From positions 1-21,257 of the forward strand of contig JBGSTX010000055.1 in NCBI GenBank assembly GCA_041736305.1: a stretch of DNA of 21,257 nt. The letters run 5' to 3'. Position 1 is the first letter of the stretch. Every line of letters starts with the position of its first letter. This document shows, one piece after another, positions 8,001 through 16,704 of this stretch. The notes beneath the pieces are model-generated. The model saw nothing but the letters and a program-made list of their open reading frames with translations, was not told the DNA's origin and ran no database searches. Made by a program: the position numbers and the translations under genes. This stretch comes from Oligoflexus sp. (GTDB taxonomy: Bacteria; Bdellovibrionota_B; Oligoflexia; Oligoflexales; Oligoflexaceae).

Positions 8001-9911
8001 ATGCTTTCTTTGCGGGTAAATCATGCCTTACTAGCCTTGCCACTCTGGACTGGAAGCTTGCCAAGCCAAGCTTTTGCCGAGTTTCGACCAGCAGAATCAC
8101 CATCAAGCACGGCTTGCGTTATCATGCAAGGCAACGGTGAGAAGTTCCCTGCCCTCCTCGCGCAACTTATGGCTGTGCTCGAACGCGATATCGAGCCGCA
8201 AGTGATCATGGGTGGGTCTTCCGCTTCAGGCGTTTCGAGCATACTGCGTGCCTTGTTGCAGAACCCGAGTCTGCTGCGGACTACGGTAGCAGTGGATGGC
8301 CGCTCTTTAAGCTTAGCGCAGAAAGCAGCTCGGGTCATAGCCAGTTCCAGCGCAGTAACAAGTACTGGACTAGCCCTCCCTAGCTTAAACACCTTTGGCA
8401 AAACCTTGACGTCGCTGGGCAAGTATCTAGCAGCCGATAGACTGCTTGAGGCTTTTATAGGCTATCCCGATCAATCCCTCGGCGCCTTAGAAGCGACCGT
8501 GGGCCAGACGGCTTTAATGGTAGAATTCTTCGCTAACGCGGATTTTTCCCAAGCCATTCGCGAACCGAATCTAAGCAAAAGAACTGCTCTTGTACGAGCC
8601 GATTGGCTTGAGTTCGGCGATCATATCTTCGTCACGCCAAGCGAATTTAGCAGAGCCCTGATTACGGCGCCTGGTAACCCACGCTGGACCGAGCGGGTAG
8701 AAGAGATAAAGCGACGCTATTTCGATCTTTTCTATGACGAGAAGTCCCCTCCCGACGAGAGGCCTGCGCTGGCTCTGAAGCGCTATAATCGCAAACTAGA
8801 GGAATTAGCTCCTCTGCTCGCAGCTGTCTCTGACGAGGATCTTCTAAAAGCCTTCAATGCGGTGATGGGATTGCTGAAAAATCTTCCCTCCATGAGCAGC
8901 AAAGCCTTGGGCTCTGCCGAGGGATTCTATCTTGTGAACGGCAGCTACTTGCGTAATGCATACCATGGCCTCCTCCACGACGGCAGTGGACCTATGGCTA
9001 TCCCCTCGGGTGTGCTGATCCATGCCACGGCTCGTGCTGCCTCGATGAAGGACGGGAAGCTTAGGGAAAAGACTGGCCTTAAGTATCTCTATCAGTCCTA
9101 TTTCCCAAGTCAAGATCTCTACAGGGATCTTGCGAGCGCACGACAGAAGCTCGCAGAGGATAGGAGTTTTATTGAATCCACAAACGATGCCGGGACTGTC
9201 GAGGCGCTTTTCGACAAGGATCATCTGTTGGTCTTGGAGCCGAAAAGCCTCGCCCAAGCATTGAAAGCATCGATGGCTGAGCCAAATGCCTTTCGACGAG
9301 ATCCTATCGAGCTGAGCTCGCGGGATAGACGGGCTAACGATCTAGTCTCGGAGGAATCGACTCTGGTTTCCTACGGTGGTTGGCTAGAGCATGCCAATCT
9401 TAGAAGCTTAGGTAGCCTTGAGACCTGCAAAAAGGCTGATCTGCTGATCGAAGTTTCTAATCTGAGTCCGCAGCTTTACAAGTTCCAATTGAAAGCCATT
9501 CGACCTGTCATTGCTGGGGGGATTGGCTCCCTGGTCAGTGCATCTGCAGGAGGACTAGCCGCGAGCGATGAGCCTGCCAAGCTCTGGACGAATCAGCTAT
9601 GGAAGGCTTTTTATGCCAGCCGTGAGCTCAGAGTGCCTGAAAAATTTCTACTTCTAGATTTCGATTGGGATAATGCCTCGGGTCTCGACGGCTCTCAAGC
9701 GGATGGGATGAATGCGGCTTATCAGGACAATAGGGATGCTTTCTTCGTCAGGGCATACCAGGACGCCAGTGAAAAGCTGCAGCAGAGCGGTATTCTGCCG
9801 GCTGAGCTTTCGGCTAAGAGCATCATCGGTGCTGACCTCAACGGCGTGCCGCTTAAGTCCATACTTGAGCCAAGTCTCTTAGTGCCCACCGTAGCAGAGC
9901 TCATGCAATAA
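8001..9911 (+). CDS. Secreted, highly divergent patatin-like phospholipase-fold protein
   Basis: Sec signal ending AFA; patatin blocks in the correct order: VIMQGNGEKF (oxyanion block), IMGGSSASG (nucleophile elbow), ALKASMAEP, LVSYGGW (DGG block). Confidence 0.55.
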   Translation: MLSLRVNHALLALPLWTGSLPSQAFAEFRPAESPSSTACVIMQGNGEKFPALLAQLMAVLERDIEPQVIMGGSSASGVSSILRALLQNPSLLRTTVAVDGRSLSLAQKAARVIASSSAVTSTGLALPSLNTFGKTLTSLGKYLAADRLLEAFIGYPDQSLGALEATVGQTALMVEFFANADFSQAIREPNLSKRTALVRADWLEFGDHIFVTPSEFSRALITAPGNPRWTERVEEIKRRYFDLFYDEKSPPDERPALALKRYNRKLEELAPLLAAVSDEDLLKAFNAVMGLLKNLPSMSSKALGSAEGFYLVNGSYLRNAYHGLLHDGSGPMAIPSGVLIHATARAASMKDGKLREKTGLKYLYQSYFPSQDLYRDLASARQKLAEDRSFIESTNDAGTVEALFDKDHLLVLEPKSLAQALKASMAEPNAFRRDPIELSSRDRRANDLVSEESTLVSYGGWLEHANLRSLGSLETCKKADLLIEVSNLSPQLYKFQLKAIRPVIAGGIGSLVSASAGGLAASDEPAKLWTNQLWKAFYASRELRVPEKFLLLDFDWDNASGLDGSQADGMNAAYQDNRDAFFVRAYQDASEKLQQSGILPAELSAKSIIGADLNGVPLKSILEPSLLVPTVAELMQ

Positions 9912-9934
9912 TTTTCTAGGCGTGCCTGCAGGGC

Positions 9935-10471
9935 TCAAATTTTATCGCTTAGGATTTTTACAAAGTTAAAGAGAAGTGGGCGAAGAGCTTCGACCTCGCC
10001 CACTTGTGAGCCAAATTCGCAGGAAAGGGCCAGAGGGATATTTTTCGCCTGACTCTTGAGTTCCCGACCTTTTTTAGTCAGATGGTTGATGACCACGCGG
10101 CCATCACCAGCCGGCTCCTTCAACTTATCCGCTCGTTCACGGGAGAGTAGCTCCCGCTTTTCAAGCTTGTTCAGCACCTGAATTACGGTGGCCGAATCGA
10201 GGTAAAGTCGATCGCCGATGTCTTTGACACTGAGACCGTCCTCTTCCCAGAGTACCATCAGTACTAAGTACTGCGGATAGGTCAAACCTAAGGGGTCGAG
10301 GTGGGGCTTGTAGAGTTGAATCATCATGCGCGAGGCAGCGTAGAGGGGAAAGCAAACCTGCTCGCGCAGTTTTAGCAGATCTTCGGCCTGAGTAGTAGGG
10401 GGCAAAGCGGGAGAGCTCGACTTTGCCTTGACCCGAGTCTTAGATTTAGCTTTTTTCTGAGACGGTGCCAT
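9935..10471 (-). CDS. ohrR: MarR family regulator, OhrR-like organic hydroperoxide sensor
   Basis: LREQVCFPLYAASR (sensor Cys40), YKPHLDPLGLTYPQYLVLMVLWE, LYLDSAT, DGRV wing motif; a second Cys near the C-terminus. Confidence 0.85.
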   Translation of the reverse strand: MAPSQKKAKSKTRVKAKSSSPALPPTTQAEDLLKLREQVCFPLYAASRMMIQLYKPHLDPLGLTYPQYLVLMVLWEEDGLSVKDIGDRLYLDSATVIQVLNKLEKRELLSRERADKLKEPAGDGRVVINHLTKKGRELKSQAKNIPLALSCEFGSQVGEVEALRPLLFNFVKILSDKI

Positions 10472-10492
10472 CGCAGCTCTCCCGAGGCTATC

Positions 10493-12118
10493 TTATTTCT
10501 TTACACAGATCCGTGCATCGCTAAAGAGGATGCCCGATTCACAGCGTGCATTGCTACCACAATCTTGGTCCTCAACGCAGAGGCATTCGCGCGTCACGCC
10601 GCATTCTTTAGTACGTGGTTCGGCAAAGCGGAGAGATGGGTTGATAATTTTTTTCCAGAAGGGGTTCTCAAAAACACCCTGAGGATCAAGAGCCTTCTGC
10701 TGCTTAAGGAAGTCATCCCACTTTGGAAACTGGGCTGGACCTAGTCCTTCGAAGTAAGGCTGGCTATTCTTACCCCAGTGTGGACGGCCCTGATATTTGC
10801 CGAGAGTCAACTGAACGATTTCGTCATAAACATCGCTCGAGGCTTCGAGCTGCTTCTCGTTAGCCTGTGGAATGTGAATTTCGAACATCACCGTTTCATG
10901 GCCATAGGCCTGGCCTAAGTAGGCTTTCGAGGGAGCTGAGAAGCGCAGATAAATCCCGAGCAACGGGAAGCAGGCTGGACGAAGGCGGATGAGTTCCTTG
11001 ACGTCTTGAGCCCAAGCAGGAAAGTCCTTGGCGCTAAACGCAACTTCTACCGTCCGCGTCTTGATTCCACGATCCCAGGCGCACTGACCGTCGGGGCAGC
11101 TTCCGCCTATCATATTATAGGAAAGGCCAACCGCGCTTTTCGAAGAAGAATCAACCGCTTTATAGGTCGAAACCCAAGCATTGGCGCGCAGAGCTTCAAC
11201 TGAGCATTGAATGACTCTAGTTGAGTTCAGTACCTCGATCGGCTGGGGGAATTTTTTGATAATGCCAGCGATAGCCGGGGTGGTCCAACTGTTGTTGAAG
11301 GAGTCTCCTGGAGTCGAAAGCGGAACTTGATCGAGCGTGTCGAGAATATAAGACTTCTGTAGCGGGAACCAGTTGAGCTTCGCGTAGGTATGCCGGCGAG
11401 CGAGATCGAGAGCTTCGTTTTCGATATTTGCATCGCTCAACTTCGTGAACGAATTTTGCAATTTAAACTGAGGAAGAACTTTTAAAGTGATTTCGTAAAT
11501 AACGCCGAGGAGTCCAAGATTGACCCGAGCTGCGTCCAAAGATTCGCCACTTAGAACTTGCACGGCGCCGGTACCGTCGACGAGTTTCAGTTCCTCAACC
11601 CAATCACCTACAGCAGTGGGAAATTGTAGGGAGCTATTGTGGGCTCCGGTTCCCATGGCGCCGGCAACTGTTACGCCGTTGTAGTCAGGCGTTACTGGGA
11701 AGGCTAAGCCATAGGCATTTAGCTTTTCTTGAAGGTCGCCAATGCGAATCCCTGGCTGCACAGTAACCTTGAGGTTCGTTGCGTCTACCGCGAGGAGTTG
11801 CTTGAGAGGTTCTACATTTAGAACGATTCCATCGCTTTCAGGGCAGATCACTGGGCTGTAAGACCGTGAGGCCTGAATTGATCGCACTTTCAGGGACAAG
11901 CCACTGTCGAGGGCGCGCTTAACGGCAGATTGTATATCAGTAAGCGAATTTGCTTCGATGAGCTGCGAAGCTGGGCAAACTATGCTGCCTGCATAGTTTG
12001 AAACTTTGAGCTCTTTGTCATCCTGAGGGAAGAAGAATGCAAACGCGCTGCTGGCGACTAGCATCGCCGGGAGGGTGGCCAAGCTTGGCCTCAGTAAGGT
12101 TTTCCAAGAAGGTTTCAT
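10493..12118 (-). CDS. Secreted FAD-linked oxidoreductase, L-gulonolactone oxidase / arabinono-lactone oxidase family (plant GULLO-like)
   Basis: Signal peptide ending AFA; FAD_binding_4 motifs VTVQPGI, TVAGAMGTGAHNSS, LGLLGVIYEITL; ALO-type RPHWGKN and DPQGVF; Cys-rich tail. Confidence 0.88.
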   Translation of the reverse strand: MKPSWKTLLRPSLATLPAMLVASSAFAFFFPQDDKELKVSNYAGSIVCPASQLIEANSLTDIQSAVKRALDSGLSLKVRSIQASRSYSPVICPESDGIVLNVEPLKQLLAVDATNLKVTVQPGIRIGDLQEKLNAYGLAFPVTPDYNGVTVAGAMGTGAHNSSLQFPTAVGDWVEELKLVDGTGAVQVLSGESLDAARVNLGLLGVIYEITLKVLPQFKLQNSFTKLSDANIENEALDLARRHTYAKLNWFPLQKSYILDTLDQVPLSTPGDSFNNSWTTPAIAGIIKKFPQPIEVLNSTRVIQCSVEALRANAWVSTYKAVDSSSKSAVGLSYNMIGGSCPDGQCAWDRGIKTRTVEVAFSAKDFPAWAQDVKELIRLRPACFPLLGIYLRFSAPSKAYLGQAYGHETVMFEIHIPQANEKQLEASSDVYDEIVQLTLGKYQGRPHWGKNSQPYFEGLGPAQFPKWDDFLKQQKALDPQGVFENPFWKKIINPSLRFAEPRTKECGVTRECLCVEDQDCGSNARCESGILFSDARICVKK

Positions 12119-12216
12119 CGCTATTTCCTTAGTGTTAAGAGGGCTTGTCCCTGCATTTGACCAGAATAGCGCTAATCCGCATTACGCAGATCTTCGCCAC
12201 GAGCCTGAGGTAATCG

Positions 12217-12244
12217 TTTGAATACAAATTACTTGAGTACAAAG
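12217..12244. promoter_or_regulatory. Tandem imperfect palindromes, candidate MarR/OhrR operator
   Basis: TTGAATACAA (12218-12227) and TTGAGTACAA (12233-12242), 15-bp period, about 100 bp upstream of the oxidase-ohrR pair. Confidence 0.45.
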
Positions 12245-12738
12245 CAATTGATTTCGGAGGGGCACTTAAAGCGTTACTATGCCATGGATGACTAGGCGAG
12301 ATGGAAGGCGCTCGCTTAAACAGGAGCTTGTGACTCCTTCTTTCTCTCGTCTCTGAAACTTCAGAAAGATCGAGAGAGCTCCCAGGTAAGCGCCAAGATT
12401 CAGGACGCGTTCCACGCCTAGTCGCTCAACGACCTTATGCTGGAGGAGCTAAAATTGCTGCTAAAGAGCAAAGCAGGCAGTGTCCAAGGACATGGCACGG
12501 TGCGAGTCAATTGATTCATCGAGACTTCCGACCACTTCATTTCAAACCCATTCGGTAAGATTTAATTCGATCCAACTCGATGCAACTCGTCTTTCGAGGC
12601 CCGGCACGAAGCACAAAGTTCTAAAGCATCGCCATCGAAACTTTGTAAGTGCCTATAATAAAAATATTATTTATGCGATTTGAGATCTATTAAAGTTTAT
12701 TGAGCTACAGCCGAATTGGGGATTAAGAGGACTTAAAG

Positions 12739-14304
12739 ATGTTGAAAGAAAAATGCAAATTCATACTAAATCAAGTTCTTTTCTCGAAGAATCCCTCGTC
12801 TGAGGACGGCTCTAGCTTGATATATGTCCTGATCATCGCGGCGATCGGCTCGAGCATGGTGGCTATAAGTACAAGCCGATCGAGTAACTCGAAGAGTCAG
12901 TCAGACAAGCTTAAAGCCAATGCTTTTGTCAGAAGTAGCCTCATGGATCTTAATAGTCAGCTTAGTTGTCCAGGTGGAGCTATCCGGGTGAAAAAGGGCA
13001 GTTGCGATGCGAAGTCAAAATCCATCACGCTCTCTATCCGCGAACTCAGGCGCATAGCTATGGAAAAGACCTCGCACTCTCTCGCTACGACGGGGGGCTT
13101 GCCGGCGGCAAATAGGGGATACGATTATTTCGATCTCCTTCACATGAGAATCGTCTGTTACAAGCGAGGAAGTCACTTGGATGCGTCCGGAAAACCGATG
13201 ATGACAGATAAAAAACAGATACCTTGTACGCTGCTGGGAAACATAGACCAAACTCTAACACCGCTGGTCTCGCAGAATAGACTCAGCGGGGTTGAGGAAC
13301 GCTTCAATCAAGACGTGGCTGTGATCCTAGCTACCATTAATCCAGAAATAAATACGAAGATTGCGGATGTTGAGAAAGACATCAAAAAGCTCGAGGTGAA
13401 GAAAAAAGTGTCTGAGCATCAGCACGGCATTGCGCTAGATCGGCTGAATGTAGCAAGTAATAACCTGACAGCTAGGCAAGACGTTTATAATTCCCTATTA
13501 GGCCAATTTAATAGATCTGTGCTTGACTACAATGCCAAAGTCGCGACGTGCCCATCTCCTTGCCCCAGTGATAGTCCGCTCCTGCCTGAAATTTATGCTG
13601 CTCAAGCAAGCATGCTAGCGCTCCAAGAGCAGCTGAACCGTTCGATTGCGACCCTCAATACCGCCACTACAAATTTTAGGAATGTGCAAAGCGAGGAAAA
13701 TCTCGCTAGAAGTGAATTGCAAGGCAATATAGATGCTATTGCTACAGAGCAAAAGAGAATTAGCAGCTATCAGAATATGATTCAGTATCTCAAATCAATT
13801 AGCGATGGCAAAGACCTTATTCTAAGAAATTCTCAGCTGGCTGTTCTTCAGGCCGAGGGAGGCATACTCAAACGTCTGCTTCGTCACGGTGTAGGCGGAG
13901 CTGCTACTTCTGCGCTCTCTCGCTTGCCTAATTCGGATAATGACGGCCTGAGCAGTTCGCAGACTACTCCTGAAGATGCGGACAATATTCGTTTGGGAAT
14001 GATCGTACTTAAGCCCTTCTGTTCCGTTGATAATGGTGAACCTAGGTTGAGGTTTAGCGCCAAGGTTACCGATGTAGAAGACATCGGAGGAGGGCTTGAT
14101 TTCAAAGACAATTATTCGAAACGCCGGAATCAATTGATCAAAGTTTTGAATAATGTAGGCCTACCAGCGAAGGATGGTTGGGTAAAAATGCCGATAAACT
14201 TCACGCCATCTAATTGCACGCTTATTGAAGAGGAAGACCCACCTCTTACAGGTGCAAATAATTGGAAAATGGACGGTTTGACATCCACGAGGACCAATCC
14301 ATGA
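12739..14304 (+). CDS. Large PilX/GspK-like minor pilin with long coiled-coil insertion
   Basis: DG|SSLIYVLIIAAIG class III-like signal without Glu5; heptad-rich region about 13330-13800; AAGAGGA RBS; ATGA overlap with the next pilin gene. Confidence 0.6.
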   Translation: MLKEKCKFILNQVLFSKNPSSEDGSSLIYVLIIAAIGSSMVAISTSRSSNSKSQSDKLKANAFVRSSLMDLNSQLSCPGGAIRVKKGSCDAKSKSITLSIRELRRIAMEKTSHSLATTGGLPAANRGYDYFDLLHMRIVCYKRGSHLDASGKPMMTDKKQIPCTLLGNIDQTLTPLVSQNRLSGVEERFNQDVAVILATINPEINTKIADVEKDIKKLEVKKKVSEHQHGIALDRLNVASNNLTARQDVYNSLLGQFNRSVLDYNAKVATCPSPCPSDSPLLPEIYAAQASMLALQEQLNRSIATLNTATTNFRNVQSEENLARSELQGNIDAIATEQKRISSYQNMIQYLKSISDGKDLILRNSQLAVLQAEGGILKRLLRHGVGGAATSALSRLPNSDNDGLSSSQTTPEDADNIRLGMIVLKPFCSVDNGEPRLRFSAKVTDVEDIGGGLDFKDNYSKRRNQLIKVLNNVGLPAKDGWVKMPINFTPSNCTLIEEEDPPLTGANNWKMDGLTSTRTNP

Positions 14305-16073
14305 GTAGAAAAATAGGGAAAATTTGGAAAGCAGACTCTGCACAAACGATTCAGTCTCACGTGTTTGGGTGCTTCAAAGGCAAAGCCCAGTCCGCCTTCA
14401 GCCTCATCGAAGTGATGATCAGCCTGGGGCTACTAGGCATAACATTCGCTGGATATATGAAGTTCTCGGCGAATTCTTCGGCGGGACTTATCACTGTGTC
14501 TGAGAAAACAGATCTATTGATGCTGAGAAAGTTTATTACTACGCAGTTCAGCTGCGAAAAAACTTTGGCAGCGAGCTCGAAACGTGAAGGAGGGCGACTG
14601 ACTTATGTCAATTGTCCTGCCGGCATTGCGGGTCGAAGCATCGATATATATAGTAAAGATAGAGATGGCAAGATTATGTTTGCCAAAGATGGCTCTCTGT
14701 TTGGCGTTTATAAGGACAGTCTTGGCAAGGACCAGGGGGGCTACAAAGTTGTTGGAGTGTGCGATGGTAACGGATCGGTTCCTGATGTTGGAAGTCCGGT
14801 AAAAGTCCCTTCTTTTCGCTTCTTTGCTTCAAAAGCAGACAATCCATTTCCTTTACAAATCAACAGCGTATTGAAGTTTTCTCCCGGTTGGTCGGATTTG
14901 TTGGATGGGGGTGAAATAGAGTGCGCACTTCCGGATGATCCAGGTCTGCCTGTGGATACCAAGTGCACAGCCATGTTCGTTTCTCGACCGGGTGGAGTTC
15001 CCACGGAAGAAGTACCTGGCCCTTACTTCCGCTCGAACGGAGACCCGTGGATTACTGGGGGCCACGGTGCTAGTCTCGTCATCCGTGCTTACCGTGAACA
15101 AGATCTTGCAATTAGCTCCACTGAGGGCCGGCCTACCACTTGGCGAATGAAGTGGATGAACAAGAACCCCGACGACACGATAGGTGACCCAGTGTATGGA
15201 AGGTTGGTTGAGGATGGGTTCGCAACCCCTGTAGCCTCTCCTAGCTTTCTCGTTCCTGCAAACCTAACTCTCATGAATCCTAGCCAGCCAATGAGCAATT
15301 GCACACAGGGTGGAGTTATAACTACTGCCGCTCCTGCTTACAACCAGGTCCCTGCCTGCAGCTTCTGGGAGCAAAAGGTAGAATTCAATCAAATGTCCAA
15401 TCCTCCTGACTGGTACGCAGCGCCTCTTGATTTGATTATCGAAGGGCTCGATTCATCGCAGAATGTTCTGACCTCTTGTTCCACCAAAATGCAGTTGATA
15501 AGTCCCCTCGTTCTCACCTGGCCGCGAAATGCGGATACGCCAGAGGACCTTGATTTTCATCCTACAACTACAAAGTTCGACATCGCGGCCTCGGGAAAAA
15601 GGGTTAATTCTGGCTGGATCGGCGGCTTCTCTGCATTCTTAGTGCTCGATCGAAATAGAAATGGACGAATAGATAACGGTTCGGAACTTTTCGGAGATGC
15701 CACTGCGATTGGGAGATCTACTGCTTCGAAAGCAGCGCGGCACCCTCATGGTTTCGCAGCGCTAGCCGAATTTGACGATAATCAGGACATGTTTATCGAC
15801 CAGCAAGACGAGGTGTATACGAATCTTCGACTCTGGTTTGACGAGGATTCGGATGGTGAAAGTCAGCCTTGGGAGCTCCATGGTCTGAAAGATTTTGAAG
15901 TCAAGAAAATCGCACTGCGTTTTAAGCCCGTGGACAAACAACCCAAAGAAGCTAACATGCTGACCAAATTCGCCTATGAATCATCTTTTTATGGCCCGGA
16001 GATTTGTGGTCCGGCAGGGTGTCGCATTTATGATATATACTTTACAATGGCCCATCCTAGGGATGCGGAATAA
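14301..16073 (+). CDS. Type IV pilin-like protein with C-terminal FrpC-type Ca-binding self-processing (SPM/MIIA-like) module
   Basis: QSA|FSLIEVMISLGLLG prepilin motif; C-terminal SPLVL...FDI...GW...FLVLDRNRNGRIDNGSELFGD...GFAALAEFDDNQDMFIDQQDEVYTNLRLWFDEDSDGESQPWELHGL. Start placed at ATG 14301 (GAGGA RBS, ATGA overlap) rather than 14262. Confidence 0.8.
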   Translation: MSRKIGKIWKADSAQTIQSHVFGCFKGKAQSAFSLIEVMISLGLLGITFAGYMKFSANSSAGLITVSEKTDLLMLRKFITTQFSCEKTLAASSKREGGRLTYVNCPAGIAGRSIDIYSKDRDGKIMFAKDGSLFGVYKDSLGKDQGGYKVVGVCDGNGSVPDVGSPVKVPSFRFFASKADNPFPLQINSVLKFSPGWSDLLDGGEIECALPDDPGLPVDTKCTAMFVSRPGGVPTEEVPGPYFRSNGDPWITGGHGASLVIRAYREQDLAISSTEGRPTTWRMKWMNKNPDDTIGDPVYGRLVEDGFATPVASPSFLVPANLTLMNPSQPMSNCTQGGVITTAAPAYNQVPACSFWEQKVEFNQMSNPPDWYAAPLDLIIEGLDSSQNVLTSCSTKMQLISPLVLTWPRNADTPEDLDFHPTTTKFDIAASGKRVNSGWIGGFSAFLVLDRNRNGRIDNGSELFGDATAIGRSTASKAARHPHGFAALAEFDDNQDMFIDQQDEVYTNLRLWFDEDSDGESQPWELHGLKDFEVKKIALRFKPVDKQPKEANMLTKFAYESSFYGPEICGPAGCRIYDIYFTMAHPRDAE

Positions 16074-16098
16074 TTCGATCGTTCTGGGAGCTTCTTGA

Positions 16099-16647
16099 AT
16101 GAACCGTCAAGTGCAGGTTGATCATAAGGAAAGTGGAATGACCCTCGTCGAGGTGATGATTGCAGCTGCGCTTTTCGGTATTTTGGTACTCTTTGGAGGA
16201 CGAGCTGCTTATCTTCTCCATTATCAAAGTAAAGCCGTAGAGGTTAACCATACTCTCAACAACGCCAAAGCCGAAATGCTTATGCTTACCGACTGCAATA
16301 CCTCAGTTTCTCTCCGAGGGGGACGCCCAGTTCGCGCCTGTGACTTCGATCCTAAAGTCACCTGTCCAAGTTCGAACTACATGACAATTATGAGTAAAAG
16401 AGCCGGTGGTTCTGGTGCTCGCAGGCAATTGATAAGAACCTGGACTGCGCCTCCGACGGGAAAGAACAAGTCGACTACCTCGACCTATGGCAGCTCTCTC
16501 GATCTCCGTGCAAGGTGCGGCTGCTGCCCGGAGTGTGTGGATGGGAAAGGTGTCTTTCTCGAGTATAAGAAAATAAGCCCTCCCGGTCCGGCCTACGAAT
16601 ATAAGCCTATGTTCAATGGATTGCCGATAGATTGTGTAGTGAACTAG
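16099..16647 (+). CDS. Prepilin-type N-terminal cleavage/methylation domain protein (minor pilin)
   Basis: ESG|MTLVEVMIAAALFG with Glu5; Cys-rich head; GGAG RBS. Confidence 0.85.
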   Translation: MNRQVQVDHKESGMTLVEVMIAAALFGILVLFGGRAAYLLHYQSKAVEVNHTLNNAKAEMLMLTDCNTSVSLRGGRPVRACDFDPKVTCPSSNYMTIMSKRAGGSGARRQLIRTWTAPPTGKNKSTTSTYGSSLDLRARCGCCPECVDGKGVFLEYKKISPPGPAYEYKPMFNGLPIDCVVN

Positions 16648-16704
16648 TCGATCAGTATTCTTAGGCGTCGCCATTTAGGTACTTCTTGATGATCAGCTGG
16701 GCCG

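Noticed and set aside
12343-12377. Imperfect hairpin TCTCTCG...CGAGAGA in the oxidase-pilin intergenic region
   Set aside because: Single copy in the window, no U-tract, and it lies between divergent genes; no function can be supported.
12561-12600. Short 10-bp periodic repeat (AAYTCGATSC, about three copies) and ORF 12480..12683
   Set aside because: Too short and degenerate, with no spacers, so not CRISPR; the ORF is low-complexity and unsupported.
14262-14300. Longer start for the pilin-SPM gene given in the ORF track
   Set aside because: ATG 14301 has a GAGGA RBS and an ATGA overlap with the upstream stop, so it is the better start.
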